From Candidatus Sumerlaeaceae bacterium (GTDB lineage: Bacteria; Sumerlaeota; Sumerlaeia; Sumerlaeales; Sumerlaeaceae), in contig JBPCLP010000009.1 in the NCBI GenBank assembly GCA_051003195.1, positions 64,001-128,000 on the forward strand: a stretch of DNA of 64,000 bases, in the 5' to 3' direction. Positions 20,799-31,334 of this stretch are shown here, piece after piece; within the stretch, counting starts at the first letter, position 1; every line of letters starts with the position of its first letter. Both the position numbers and the translations under genes were made by a program. The notes under the pieces are model-generated. The model was not told where the DNA came from, searched no databases, and worked only from the letters and a program-made list of their open reading frames with translations.

Positions 20799-21650
20799 TC
20801 AGCTAACGACAGTCTCGGCCAACTGCGGAACTTCAATATAGCCGCGGAAGACAACGTGCGCGCTTCCCTGCAAGGTAACGTCGCACGCGCCGTCTTGTGT
20901 GAGCTCAAAATTAATGGTGAGATACTCGCCACTGGCGGTTTTTACACGAACCGGCGGCTCAACCAGGCCCAAGCGCGCGAAGGTGATGGCGCTGGCAATG
21001 CACCCGGTGCCACATGCCAACGTCTCCGCTTCGACGCCCCGCTCGTAGGTTCGTACTTCAAGATTCCGAGGATCGCGCAAGCGGACAAAATTGACGTTGG
21101 TCCCCGCAGGCGCGAATTCGCTGTGGTGACGCAGATGCTTTCCGGCCTGCTGCACAGGCGTATTTGCGAGTTCATCGACCTGCGTCACAATATGCGGAAC
21201 ACCGGTGTTCAGAAAGTCCAGCTCGCCTTCAAAAACATCGTCGGAGATGCGGATATTATCGCGACGGCTGTGCGCGTCTGTCATGCGTATGCGCACCTCC
21301 CCATTGCGAAGCACCTCAGCGTCATAGTTGCCGCACATCGTTTCAAACGTCATCTGCCCGGGTGCGATACCCTGTAGATGCGCAAACCTGGCAATGCATC
21401 GGCTGCCGTTGCCGCATGTCTCGGCTTCGCCACCATCTGCATTGTAGTAACGCATGCGGAAATGCGCGCCAGTCTCAGCGGCCGGCTCCAGGATCAGCGC
21501 GCCGTCGGCACCGATGGACATGCCGCGCAAACACCACGCGGCAATGAGTTCGTGCCTGCCCTCTTCCGGCAGCCTGCCGTCCATGTTATTTATCGCGACG
21601 AAATCATTTCCGGCGCCGCTTAATTTCCAGAATTCGAGTTCCATTGTCAT
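20799..21650 (-). CDS. dapF: Diaminopimelate epimerase
   Basis: GAGNDF, YNADG..AETCGNG, GVPH, NVNF, ERGVEAETLACGTG. Confidence 0.97.
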   Translation of the reverse strand: MTMELEFWKLSGAGNDFVAINNMDGRLPEEGRHELIAAWCLRGMSIGADGALILEPAAETGAHFRMRYYNADGGEAETCGNGSRCIARFAHLQGIAPGQMTFETMCGNYDAEVLRNGEVRIRMTDAHSRRDNIRISDDVFEGELDFLNTGVPHIVTQVDELANTPVQQAGKHLRHHSEFAPAGTNVNFVRLRDPRNLEVRTYERGVEAETLACGTGCIASAITFARLGLVEPPVRVKTASGEYLTINFELTQDGACDVTLQGSAHVVFRGYIEVPQLAETVVS

Positions 21651-22047
21651 CGACCTACACCTGCTCCTCTTGCTGTCTTCGCCGCGAAGCGTGGCACTGC
21701 TGTTATTATAAACGCTACTCCGAGTTGTGGAGGGCCGTTGCCGCTGTAGAACTCAATTCGACTTGATTAATGTTTGCCGCTGCAAGGGGTGCAAGCTTGC
21801 CCTGTTGTTGGTCAGCCGGATTGTACTGAAGCTGCCGACAGAAAGCGACGTTCGCAGCAGGGTGCCGTTGATCGGCGAGTGCTAATCCTCCCACGATCTC
21901 AAAGCACATCCTCGCGTAAGGCCACACGGGCCAGTATATACCTGTCAAACATGAACGAATTGGCTTGAGCAGTCCCTCCGGCTCTCGTAGCAATGGAGGT
22001 CCGAAACAGTTACACCCGTTGCAGGCGGCTGAAGGGAGAAGCCCAGA

Positions 22048-23151
22048 ATGCCCAAGTGGCGCATACTGATAGTCGATGACGAAGAGGATATCCGTAGCGT
22101 AGTACGCGCTGCGTTGTCGACGAAGTACGAGGTCGTCGAGGCTCGCGACGGGCTGGATGCCTTGCAAAAATTAGACTTATCAGAACCTGACTTTGTCGTC
22201 CTCGACGTTATGATGCCGATGATGGACGGTTACCAGACCTGCGAGGCCATCCGCCGCCACCCCAAGTATAAAGGCCTGTCGGTTCTTTTCCTTTCGGCGC
22301 TTAACAGCCGCGAAGACATGATGAGAGGCTACACGGCAGGTGCAAATCTCTACCTGACTAAACCATTCGATCCGTCGCGCCTTGTGCGGAATGTAGATGT
22401 CTTCTTTGAAACTACTCCCGTCGCTTTCACGCGCAAGAACTACACATTGGCGCAACTTCAAGAACTCGAAAAAAGCGGCCCGAAGGAGCTGGCTGACGCA
22501 CAGGCGCAGAACAGCGGCTTGAGGGCTGCCGTTGAACAGCAGGCCGCGGCACCTGCTGCGCCCACGGCCCCGTCTCAAGCAGCAGCGGCTGCCCCAGCCG
22601 CGGCGACTCCCACCGCAACGAAGACTGTTTCAAGCGTCCGCCCCCGTGTACTGGTTGTGGATGACGACTCCGAGATCCTGTTGCTTACACATGCGATTCT
22701 GGATAACAAATTTGAAGTGTTCACCGCGAACGACGGCATCCAGGCGATTGAAAAAATCACGACGTTCCAGCCGGATATCATCGTGCTGGATGCGATGATG
22801 CCCAAAATGAGCGGCTATCAGTTATGTCAGTCGCTGCGCCGCAACGCACGGTTTAGCAAAACTCCTCTTCTGTTTATCAGCGCAAAGGCAACTCCTCGAG
22901 ACCGCGACTACGCCATGCGGATTGGCGCGGACGCTTTTCTTGGAAAACCGTTTGCGGCACAGGAATTCGAGAACCAGGTGATCGAGCTGACAAAGCACCC
23001 CCGCTTTGTTCTCTACCCAAAAGCGCTCACAATTGTCCAAATCCAGGAACTAGAAAACCGTCGCAAGCGCGATTTGCAGGAGCAAAAGGATCGCCTGCAC
23101 GTGAAGGAAGAAAACGAGCTGGAAAAATTCCTGCGCGAACACACTTCCTGA
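22048..23151 (+). CDS. Tandem two-receiver-domain response regulator
   Basis: Two REC domains (LDVMMP, LDAMMP) joined by an Ala/Pro linker; charged C-terminal tail. Confidence 0.9.
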   Translation: MPKWRILIVDDEEDIRSVVRAALSTKYEVVEARDGLDALQKLDLSEPDFVVLDVMMPMMDGYQTCEAIRRHPKYKGLSVLFLSALNSREDMMRGYTAGANLYLTKPFDPSRLVRNVDVFFETTPVAFTRKNYTLAQLQELEKSGPKELADAQAQNSGLRAAVEQQAAAPAAPTAPSQAAAAAPAAATPTATKTVSSVRPRVLVVDDDSEILLLTHAILDNKFEVFTANDGIQAIEKITTFQPDIIVLDAMMPKMSGYQLCQSLRRNARFSKTPLLFISAKATPRDRDYAMRIGADAFLGKPFAAQEFENQVIELTKHPRFVLYPKALTIVQIQELENRRKRDLQEQKDRLHVKEENELEKFLREHTS

Positions 23152-23167
23152 CAGCAGAGGCGAGTGT

Positions 23168-23508
23168 GGTCTACCGTTAGTTCGTATTCGGTTCTGTATG
23201 CCGAACTGAGCTCATTCTTCCGCGCTCAGACTGGATAGGAACTTCTGATTCGGCACACTAGTGCGGTGTCCCATTAGTTCGTCACTGGTTTTGTGTGCCG
23301 TCCGAGCTCGAAAGCTTCCTGAAGGATAGCTATGAACTTCTGGGACGGCACACTAGTTATGCCCTGCGTAGGAAGCTGCGAGAAAATAGTTGTTTCGCGT
23401 TCGTTGCTTGTGTGGACTACCGTTAGTTCGTAATCAGTTCTGTGTGCCAAATCGAGGGTAAGTATGCCTTTTGGTCTGGTAATGAACTCCTGATTCGGCA
23501 CACCAGTG
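23168..23508 (+). repeat. Hairpin repeat family, locus 2 (units C1, B2, A2)
   Basis: Units at ~23168-23263, 23271-23357 and 23414-23508 match loci 1 and 3. Confidence 0.9.
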
Positions 23509-23539
23509 ACCCATCGAGCAAACTAACCAGGAACCCAAC

Positions 23540-24874
23540 GTGACCGACGCTCCAACGCTTTCTACAGCTCCTTCCGTTCCCGTTTCTCCCCGACTCTCGT
23601 TGATGATGTTCCTGCAGTACGCGGTGTGGGGTTTGTGGCTTCCTGTGATTGCCCAGTATCTGCAGGCTCCGGCTGTGGGCGAAGCAGGTGGTTCAGGAAC
23701 TGGTGGACTCGGCTTCAGTGCCGGGCAGGTGGGCTGGATCCTTGGGCTCGCGGGATCCATTGGTGCCGTGTGCTCGCCGTTCATTGCGGGTCAGCTTGCC
23801 GACCGCCACTTCAGAACTGAACGGTGCCTTGCCGTTCTGCTTTTTGCCGGCGGAATCATTAAGTGGTACACCGCCTACCAGACGACGTACTCTTCCTGGC
23901 TTCTGCTCTCCATTCTATATAGCATCACCTATATGCCTACGCTGGCGCTGACCAACTCGCTGGCGCTTGCGCACCTTACGGACAGGGAACGCCAGTTCCC
24001 GAAGGTTCGGGTGTGGGGGACAATCGGGTGGATTGCCGCCGCATGGATTTTCCCGATGGTCTGGCTGCAGACGGATCTTCATTTTCAGGCTCTGCCTCCA
24101 TTTCTAAGCGGGGACGAGGTGCCAAACTCCACGCACCGCCTTGTGGATTCCATGAAAGTCAGCGGCGCCGTGTCGATATTGTACGCAATCTACTGCCTCT
24201 TTTTACCCGCGACACCGCCGCGACGAGATGCCGCCGAGCCGCTGGCCTTTGCCAAGGCGTTCGATCTCATCCGGCGTTATCGCAGTTTTGCGGTGCTCGT
24301 GCTTGCGACGCTGCCAATCAGCATCATCCACCAGATATACTTCGTGCAGACTGCCCCGTTCCTGTCCAGCCTCGGCTTGAAGCCAAGCCAGATCGGGCCG
24401 GCCATGAGTATAGGCCAATTCGCCGAGATTGCCGTCATGGCCGGACTCGGCGCCATGCTGGCGCGGCTGCGTTTCAAGTGGGTCATCACTATTGGCGCGC
24501 TCGCCTACTTTCTGCGCTACGCTATCTTCGGCACGCCCGGACTCCCGATATCGATTATAGTAATCAGCCAGGCGCTGCATGGTTTCTGTTACGCGTGCTT
24601 CTTTGCGGCTGCTTATATCTATGTAGACCGCATCGCCACGTCCGATATCCGTCATTCTGCCCAGACGGTATTCGGCATTATCATCCTGGGAATCGGGCCG
24701 GTTCTGTCGGCCTTTGTGCTCCCGGCGCTCCTTTCCGCAGCTAAAATGTTTCCGCAGATGTCGAGCTACAGCTTCCTGTGGTATAGCCTTGCTGCCATTG
24801 CACTGGTGACAGGCGTGCTGTTCGCCGCGTTTTTCAGGGAAGAAGTATCCGAAAAGCCAACTGCATTGAGCTGA
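23540..24874 (+). CDS. MFS nucleoside:H+ symporter (NupG/YegT-like)
   Basis: LSLMMFLQYAVWGLW, YMPTLAL, RVWGTIGWI, SIGQFAE, LHGFCY. Confidence 0.9.
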   Translation: MTDAPTLSTAPSVPVSPRLSLMMFLQYAVWGLWLPVIAQYLQAPAVGEAGGSGTGGLGFSAGQVGWILGLAGSIGAVCSPFIAGQLADRHFRTERCLAVLLFAGGIIKWYTAYQTTYSSWLLLSILYSITYMPTLALTNSLALAHLTDRERQFPKVRVWGTIGWIAAAWIFPMVWLQTDLHFQALPPFLSGDEVPNSTHRLVDSMKVSGAVSILYAIYCLFLPATPPRRDAAEPLAFAKAFDLIRRYRSFAVLVLATLPISIIHQIYFVQTAPFLSSLGLKPSQIGPAMSIGQFAEIAVMAGLGAMLARLRFKWVITIGALAYFLRYAIFGTPGLPISIIVISQALHGFCYACFFAAAYIYVDRIATSDIRHSAQTVFGIIILGIGPVLSAFVLPALLSAAKMFPQMSSYSFLWYSLAAIALVTGVLFAAFFREEVSEKPTALS

Positions 24875-24906
24875 ACGCTGGTGCTTATTGCGCATCTTTC
24901 CGTGCT

Positions 24907-24936
24907 TTAGCCCGGTTTAAGAAATCAGTATTGACA
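24907..24936 (+). promoter_or_regulatory. Putative gap-operon promoter (-35 TTGACA) with adjacent operator-like site
   Basis: TTGACA at 24931; ttagcccggtttaa at 24907-24920. Confidence 0.35.
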
Positions 24937-25048
24937 GGCCCGGTACGGTTTCAAATGTCACGATTGCCATTCGAATGCGCTGCTGCGTTTGGTGTGTTTG
25001 CGAATGGTCTACAAGATAATTTAGGGAGCACGGAGAGGAACCTCTTAA

Positions 25049-26056
<1,008 letters not shown>

Positions 26057-26174
26057 GTCATTGTCTGGAGTAGGCCTTAGCCTTGGCGAACTCCACAGTG
26101 CGCATAAGGCATGTTTGAAACTGAGGGCCGGCGGAAACGTCGGCCTCATTTATGTACAAGGAGAAAAATCACGC

Positions 26175-26930
26175 ATGGCTCGTACGCCGATCCTGGCAGG
26201 AAACTGGAAGATGTACAAATCGAGGCAGGACGCCGCCGACCTGGCGAATGGCCTCGCTGCTGCAGTCGGTACTTACCAGCAGGCAGAGGTCGTTCTCTGC
26301 CCCACGTTTACCAGCCTTGAAACCGTGGCGAACGCCATTCGCGGAACACGCATAAAACTTGGTGCTCAAAATTGCCACTGGGAAGACCATGGCGCGTTCA
26401 CGGGCGAGATTTCCCCGCTTATGCTGAAAGACGCCGGATGCGATTATGTCATTATTGGTCATAGCGAACGGCGGCAGTTCTTCGGCGAGACCGATGAGGG
26501 TATTAACAAGAAGGCGCAGGCGCTTTATAAGCACGGCCTGACGCCGATAATCTGCGTGGGAGAGACATTGCAGGACCGCGAGGCAGACAAGACAAGTGAT
26601 GTGGTGAGTACGCAACTGCGCGGATGCCTCAATGGTTTGGCTGCCGATAAAATTGCCGCCAGCGTGATCGCGTACGAGCCCGTATGGGCGATAGGCACCG
26701 GCAAAACTGCAAGCAAGGAACAGGCACAGGAAGTTCATGCGCTGATCCGTGGATTACTCGCGGAGCTGTACACCAGGGACGTGGCCGAACAGGTGCGAAT
26801 CCAGTACGGCGGAAGTGTGAAGCCGCAGAATGTTCGCGAACTGATGCAGCAACCGGATATCGACGGGGCGCTCGTCGGGGGAGCAAGCCTTGAAGCCGAC
26901 TCCTTTGCGGCTATTGTGAAGTTTGACTGA
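26175..26930 (+). CDS. tpiA: Triosephosphate isomerase
   Basis: AGNWKM, GHSERR, AYEPVWAIGTG, YGGSVKP, LVGGASL. Confidence 0.99.
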   Translation: MARTPILAGNWKMYKSRQDAADLANGLAAAVGTYQQAEVVLCPTFTSLETVANAIRGTRIKLGAQNCHWEDHGAFTGEISPLMLKDAGCDYVIIGHSERRQFFGETDEGINKKAQALYKHGLTPIICVGETLQDREADKTSDVVSTQLRGCLNGLAADKIAASVIAYEPVWAIGTGKTASKEQAQEVHALIRGLLAELYTRDVAEQVRIQYGGSVKPQNVRELMQQPDIDGALVGGASLEADSFAAIVKFD

Positions 26931-26978
26931 GGGTTCAGTCGCTAAGCAGGATCAACATAACGAGTTAGCGGGAGTAAG

Positions 26979-28649
26979 ATGAGTCGGAAGGCATCGGCGT
27001 TTCAGCAGGCACGATGGGCATATGAACCGAAGGTCCCGGCAGTACTGCGGGCCGTCACCATTGGCATTGAGGAATCGCCTGCCACGCATACGGACGCAGC
27101 CCATGATGACGAAATCAAGGGACTGTTCCCAAACACCTTCAATAAGCCGCTCGTGCGACTTGTTGAAAACGGCGGACCTGGATTGAGTAACAGCCCACTG
27201 ACGGTTGGGGTGGTGCTTTCGGGCGGACCGGCGCCTGGGGGGCATAACTGCATAGCTGGTCTTTTTGAGGCGCTGCAAACCGCCAATCCGAGCAGCCGCC
27301 TGCTCGGATTCATTGGGGGACCCAAAGGCGTCATCGACGGCCATTTCAAAGAGATCACTGCCGAACTGGTGCACGAATACCGCAATACCGGCGGATTCGA
27401 CATGATTGGTAGCGGTCGCGATAAGATTGAGAGCGCTGCCGATCTTCAGAAAAGCAAAGAGAGCCTGACCTACCACGGGGTACAGTCGCTGGTAGTGATT
27501 GGCGGCGATGATTCCAATACTAACGCGGCAATCCTTGCCGAATTTTTTGTGGCCGAGAATGCCGGCATCCAGGTGATCGGATTGCCGAAGACCATCGACG
27601 GCGACATGAAGAATGAGATCATCGAGTCGTCATTCGGTTTTGATACCGCGGCAAAGACATACTCGAACCTGGTGGCGAATGTCGCGCGCGACGCCATGTC
27701 GTCGCGCAAATACACGCATTTCATCAAGCTGATGGGACGCGCGGCAAGCCACGTCGCGCTCGAGGTCGCACTCCAGGTCCAGCCGAATATCACCCTTATT
27801 TCAGAAGAAGTACGCGCGAAGGGACTGCGCCTTGGCGACGTGGTGGAAGACATCGTCGATATGGTCGTGAAGCGCTCGGAGGCCGGGCGCAGTTACGGCA
27901 TCGTGGTGGTGCCCGAAGGTCTGCTCGAGTTTCTGGCGGATTTCGAATCGCTGCTCAAAGATCTCGGTCACATCCACAAGACCGAAGAAGATGTTTTGCA
28001 GAGCTTCGACACGGATGAAGCGCGGCGCCAGTTTGTGAACTCCAAGTTGCCGGCAGAAAGCGCGAAGATTTACTCCTCATTGCCAGATGACATCCAGCAC
28101 GTGCTGCTGCGCCTGGACAAACACGGAAATATACCGGTGTCGCAACTACAGACCGAGGCACTGCTGATCGACCTTGTGAAGCTCCGCATTCGCGAGCTGA
28201 AGCGGATGGGGAATTTTAATGGCTCCTTCGAGCCGCTGGCGCACTTCTTTGGATATGAAGGCCGCTGTGTGGCCCCATCGAACTTTGACGCAGATTATTG
28301 CTACGCGCTGGGAATGGCGGCGGCGCACCTGGTTCGGGCGGGCCTCACCGGCTACACTGTCTTCGCCAGTAATATGAGCGAATCCGCGGACCAGTGGGTA
28401 ATGGGCGGGGTACCGGTGACGAGCATGCTGAACATGGAGCTGCGCAAGGGCAAGATGAAGCCAGTGATCAAGAAAGCTCTCGTGGATCTGGAAGGGGCTC
28501 CGTTTCGGCGTTTTGCCGAGAATCGCGCCAACTGGAAATATACGGATAACTTCCTGTTTGCAGGCCCGATCCAGTATTACGGGCCGGGCGAGGTGTGCGA
28601 CGCATTAACCGCGACGCTGAGCCTCGAGCGAGAGGTCGTGCCTGCCTGA
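26979..28649 (+). CDS. pfp: Pyrophosphate-dependent phosphofructokinase
   Basis: SGGPAPGGHN, GGDDSNTNA, PKTIDGD, MGRAASH, FGYEGRC. Confidence 0.93.
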   Translation: MSRKASAFQQARWAYEPKVPAVLRAVTIGIEESPATHTDAAHDDEIKGLFPNTFNKPLVRLVENGGPGLSNSPLTVGVVLSGGPAPGGHNCIAGLFEALQTANPSSRLLGFIGGPKGVIDGHFKEITAELVHEYRNTGGFDMIGSGRDKIESAADLQKSKESLTYHGVQSLVVIGGDDSNTNAAILAEFFVAENAGIQVIGLPKTIDGDMKNEIIESSFGFDTAAKTYSNLVANVARDAMSSRKYTHFIKLMGRAASHVALEVALQVQPNITLISEEVRAKGLRLGDVVEDIVDMVVKRSEAGRSYGIVVVPEGLLEFLADFESLLKDLGHIHKTEEDVLQSFDTDEARRQFVNSKLPAESAKIYSSLPDDIQHVLLRLDKHGNIPVSQLQTEALLIDLVKLRIRELKRMGNFNGSFEPLAHFFGYEGRCVAPSNFDADYCYALGMAAAHLVRAGLTGYTVFASNMSESADQWVMGGVPVTSMLNMELRKGKMKPVIKKALVDLEGAPFRRFAENRANWKYTDNFLFAGPIQYYGPGEVCDALTATLSLEREVVPA

Positions 28650-28809
28650 TCGGTTGGATAAGGCCGAGCCCCCGAGCTAACATGTGCAATTTAAGGCAGA
28701 GACAACAGCGATCAGAAATAGTTCCGTAGTGTTCATTTTTGCTTGATTTCCCCCGGCTGGAGATAAGATTCCAACACTTGAGGTTAGAAAATCTGTTGGA
28801 GGTTAGACC

Positions 28810-28989
28810 ATGAAGTTCTTAAAGATCGCTGTAGTTGCGGCGATGGCGGCTGGTCTGCTGGGTGGCTGCTGCTACTCCGCAAACACCAAATGCTATCCGT
28901 ATCCGCTGTATGACTATTCGCCTGCTCGCATCTGTGGCTCGCAGTGTGCCGCTCCTGCCTGCAATCCTTGCGGCCCTGGCGGCTACTGA
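28810..28989 (+). CDS. Small Cys-rich lipoprotein (59 aa, OmcA-like), absent from ORF track
   Basis: GGAGG RBS; MKFLKIAVVAAMAAGLLGG-CCYSANTKCYPYPLYDYSPARICGSQCAAPACNPCGPGGY. Confidence 0.8.
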   Translation: MKFLKIAVVAAMAAGLLGGCCYSANTKCYPYPLYDYSPARICGSQCAAPACNPCGPGGY

Positions 28990-28993
28990 GGAT

Positions 28994-29215
28994 TTGGGTG
29001 CAGGTTGTAGAATCCTGCTGGCAGTGACCTGTGCCGCGGCGCTCTCCGGATGCGCCTCGACCAGATACGTGGCGCCCGGTTGCGCCGCACCGGCACCGAA
29101 GATGGGAGCAGGAGGCTTCGTGACAGGGACGTGCAAACCGAACGTCCCCCGCCCGTGGTCTCCCGCAGAAAACTATAGCGGTGCCGATGTCACCACCTGC
29201 CGGACCTACTACTGA
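28994..29215 (+). CDS. Small Cys-containing lipoprotein, start uncertain
   Basis: RILLAVTCAAALSG-C lipobox, mature region ending ..TTCRTYY; followed by a terminator. Confidence 0.6.
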   Translation: MGAGCRILLAVTCAAALSGCASTRYVAPGCAAPAPKMGAGGFVTGTCKPNVPRPWSPAENYSGADVTTCRTYY

Positions 29216-29238
29216 TCCCGCAAAAAGCATTAAAAGCG

Positions 29239-29266
29239 AAAGCCGCCGAAAGGCGGCTTTTTTTTT
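29239..29266 (+). terminator. Rho-independent terminator
   Basis: agccgcc-gaaa-ggcggct followed by a T run. Confidence 0.9.
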
Positions 29267-29450
29267 ATGCCTGCAAACAGCTTTTCAGCCGCATCGAAGC
29301 ACAGGCATCGCTACCTGTTAAGCGGGTCCCGCGATCAACTCCGCTGCCGGGCGAACTTGATCGGGCCCGGATTCCCGTCATGAAACGTTCCATGCTTGCC
29401 AGGACAGACGGCAATGTCTCACCTACTCTGGTCCCTAAAAGAAGATATAC

Positions 29451-30386
29451 GTGAACACACGCAAACACCTGCTCGGGCTCGAGGACGTATCCACTGAAGA
29501 GCTGACACGGATCCTGGACAACGCCGCCGGCATGAAAAATATCTTTACGCGCAGCGTGAAGAAGGTGCCTGCGCTACGCGGCAAAACGGTGTGCAGCCTC
29601 TTCTTTGAGAATTCAACCCGTACACGAACTTCTTTCGAGATCGCGGCGAAGCGTCTGTCGGCCGATGTCGTGAATTTCAACGTTGCTACCAGCAGCGTGG
29701 CGAAAGGCGAATCGATTCTCGACACTGCCCGGACTATCCAGGCGATGGGCGTGGATTACGTGGTGATGCGGCATGCCTGTCCCGGTACGCCTCACGTACT
29801 TTCGCAGCGGCTGAACATGAGCGTTATCAACGCCGGCGACGGCGCCCATGAGCACCCCACGCAAGGGCTGCTCGATGTCTTCACAATTCGCGATAAGAAG
29901 AAGAGACTGGAGGGGCTTAAGGTTGCCATCGTGGGTGACATCCTGCATTCGCGGGTTGCGCGCTCGAACATCTACGCGCTTACAAAACTTGGCGCGAGGG
30001 TGGCACTCGTAGGTCCCAGCACGCTTGTGCCGCGACAGTTCGAGAAACTTGGCTGCGAAATCCATCACGACCTCAAGAGTGGCATCGAAGGTGCCGACGT
30101 AATTAACCTGCTGCGGATCCAGCTCGAGCGGCAGCGCAGCAACCTGTTTCCTTCGATACGCGAGTATCGTTTGCTGTACGGCGTGACAAGCGAACGGCTT
30201 AAATGGGCGAAGCCCGACGTGCTCATCATGCATCCGGGCCCGGTAAATCGCGGCGTGGAGATCAGCCAGGAAGTTGCCGATGGCCCATTGTCCGTCATCG
30301 ATGAACAGGTCACCAATGGAATTGCCGTGCGAATGGCGGTGCTCTACATGCTCGCAGGAAGCAGCGAGGCCGTGGAAGAGGAATAG
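29451..30386 (+). CDS. pyrB: Aspartate carbamoyltransferase catalytic subunit
   Basis: [34 protein letters not shown]. Confidence 0.98.
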   Translation: MNTRKHLLGLEDVSTEELTRILDNAAGMKNIFTRSVKKVPALRGKTVCSLFFENSTRTRTSFEIAAKRLSADVVNFNVATSSVAKGESILDTARTIQAMGVDYVVMRHACPGTPHVLSQRLNMSVINAGDGAHEHPTQGLLDVFTIRDKKKRLEGLKVAIVGDILHSRVARSNIYALTKLGARVALVGPSTLVPRQFEKLGCEIHHDLKSGIEGADVINLLRIQLERQRSNLFPSIREYRLLYGVTSERLKWAKPDVLIMHPGPVNRGVEISQEVADGPLSVIDEQVTNGIAVRMAVLYMLAGSSEAVEEE

Positions 30387-30389
30387 GCC

Positions 30390-30517
30390 GGTGGATTGCG
30401 GCATAATGGGCCGCCTGGGAGACAGGACTACAGCAGGTCGCCGCCCAGCTTGCTCGTGACCTGCCTTGGGATCGAATCCAATCCACACAATGTGCCCGCT
30501 GGTACGTATTTAGCAAT
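30390..30517 (-). pseudogene. mazF: mazF/PemK toxin remnant
   Basis: KYVP / frameshift / IVWIGFDPKAGHEQAGRRPAVVLSP; truncated at the pyrB 3' end. Confidence 0.85.
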
Positions 30518-30519
30518 GG

Positions 30520-30749
30520 CTACCAGACTTCGCGCCCGACCGCCGGACCCCATTCTGCTTCACTATGCAAATTCGATTTCCGAACACCCTTTAGCAACTC
30601 ATCCAGGCTGAATTGTGGCCGTAAAGGCTTGATGACTAACTCCCCATCCACGTGCTGCATCTCGATCTCGCTCCCTTCTTGCAATTGAGCCTCAGCAGCG
30701 ATAGCCTTTGGAACGCGAACTACCAGGTTGTTTGCACGCGTGTTTTCAC
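30520..30749 (-). pseudogene. mazE: mazE (AbrB-fold antitoxin), frameshifted
   Basis: GGAGG + GTG MKTRVQ / frameshift / NNLVVRVPKAIAAEAQLQEGSEIE...LDELLKGVRKSNLHSEAEWGPAVGREVW*. Confidence 0.85.
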
Positions 30750-30791
30750 AAAAGCCTCCGCCTTTGTATCTACTCGATGCGCTGTTGCCTA

Positions 30792-31268
30792 TTATTTAAT
30801 CTTTCTAAACAAGTTTACCATCTCCAGCGCGGCAAGCGCGGCTTCGTGGCCCTTGTTCATCATTTTGTCGCCGCTGCGCTCGATAGCCTGCTGCGCCGAC
30901 TCCACCGTCAGGAGCGCAATTCCCACCGCCAGTTTCGCATCCAGCGCAATTTTCGCAATGCCGCGCATAGCCTCGCCGGCGACAAACTGGTAATGATCCG
31001 TTTCGCCACGGATGACGCAGCCCACAACGATTACACCGTCGAAAAACTTCGCTTTCACGCCATGGTATACCACCCGCGCTACCAGGGGCGGAAGCTCAAG
31101 CGCTCCAGGGCACCAAAACAAATCGATATCACCATCGCCGACCCCGTTCTCACGCAGCGCGCTGGCAGCTCCGTCGACAAGCTTCTGCGTCACGAAATCG
31201 TTATAGCGACTTGCGACGATGGCAAATTTCAGCCCAGCTCCCTCGGTCGTCCCGCGAAATTCGTTCAT
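30792..31268 (-). CDS. ribH: 6,7-dimethyl-8-ribityllumazine synthase
   Basis: IVASRYNDF, PGALELP, GCVIRGETDH, NKGHEAA. Confidence 0.97.
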   Translation of the reverse strand: MNEFRGTTEGAGLKFAIVASRYNDFVTQKLVDGAASALRENGVGDGDIDLFWCPGALELPPLVARVVYHGVKAKFFDGVIVVGCVIRGETDHYQFVAGEAMRGIAKIALDAKLAVGIALLTVESAQQAIERSGDKMMNKGHEAALAALEMVNLFRKIK

Positions 31269-31334
31269 GCTGCTGGTGTTCCGTTCGCGGGGTGTTGCTG
31301 CAACAAGAAAGCATTGCTGTCGTGCAGTTCCATC

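Noticed and set aside
21650..22047. Riboswitch or ncRNA in the dapF-response regulator intergenic region
   Set aside because: No lysine-riboswitch or 6S consensus recognisable by eye; needs an Rfam search
23168..23508. CRISPR array or integron attC sites
   Set aside because: Units are ~95 bp and their interiors recur at other loci, so they are not unique spacers; no cas or integrase gene; no RYYYAAC/GTTRRRY pair framing the hairpins
29613..30488. 291-aa MazF-like ORF
   Set aside because: Only the first ~25 aa are MazF-like; the rest is antisense to pyrB
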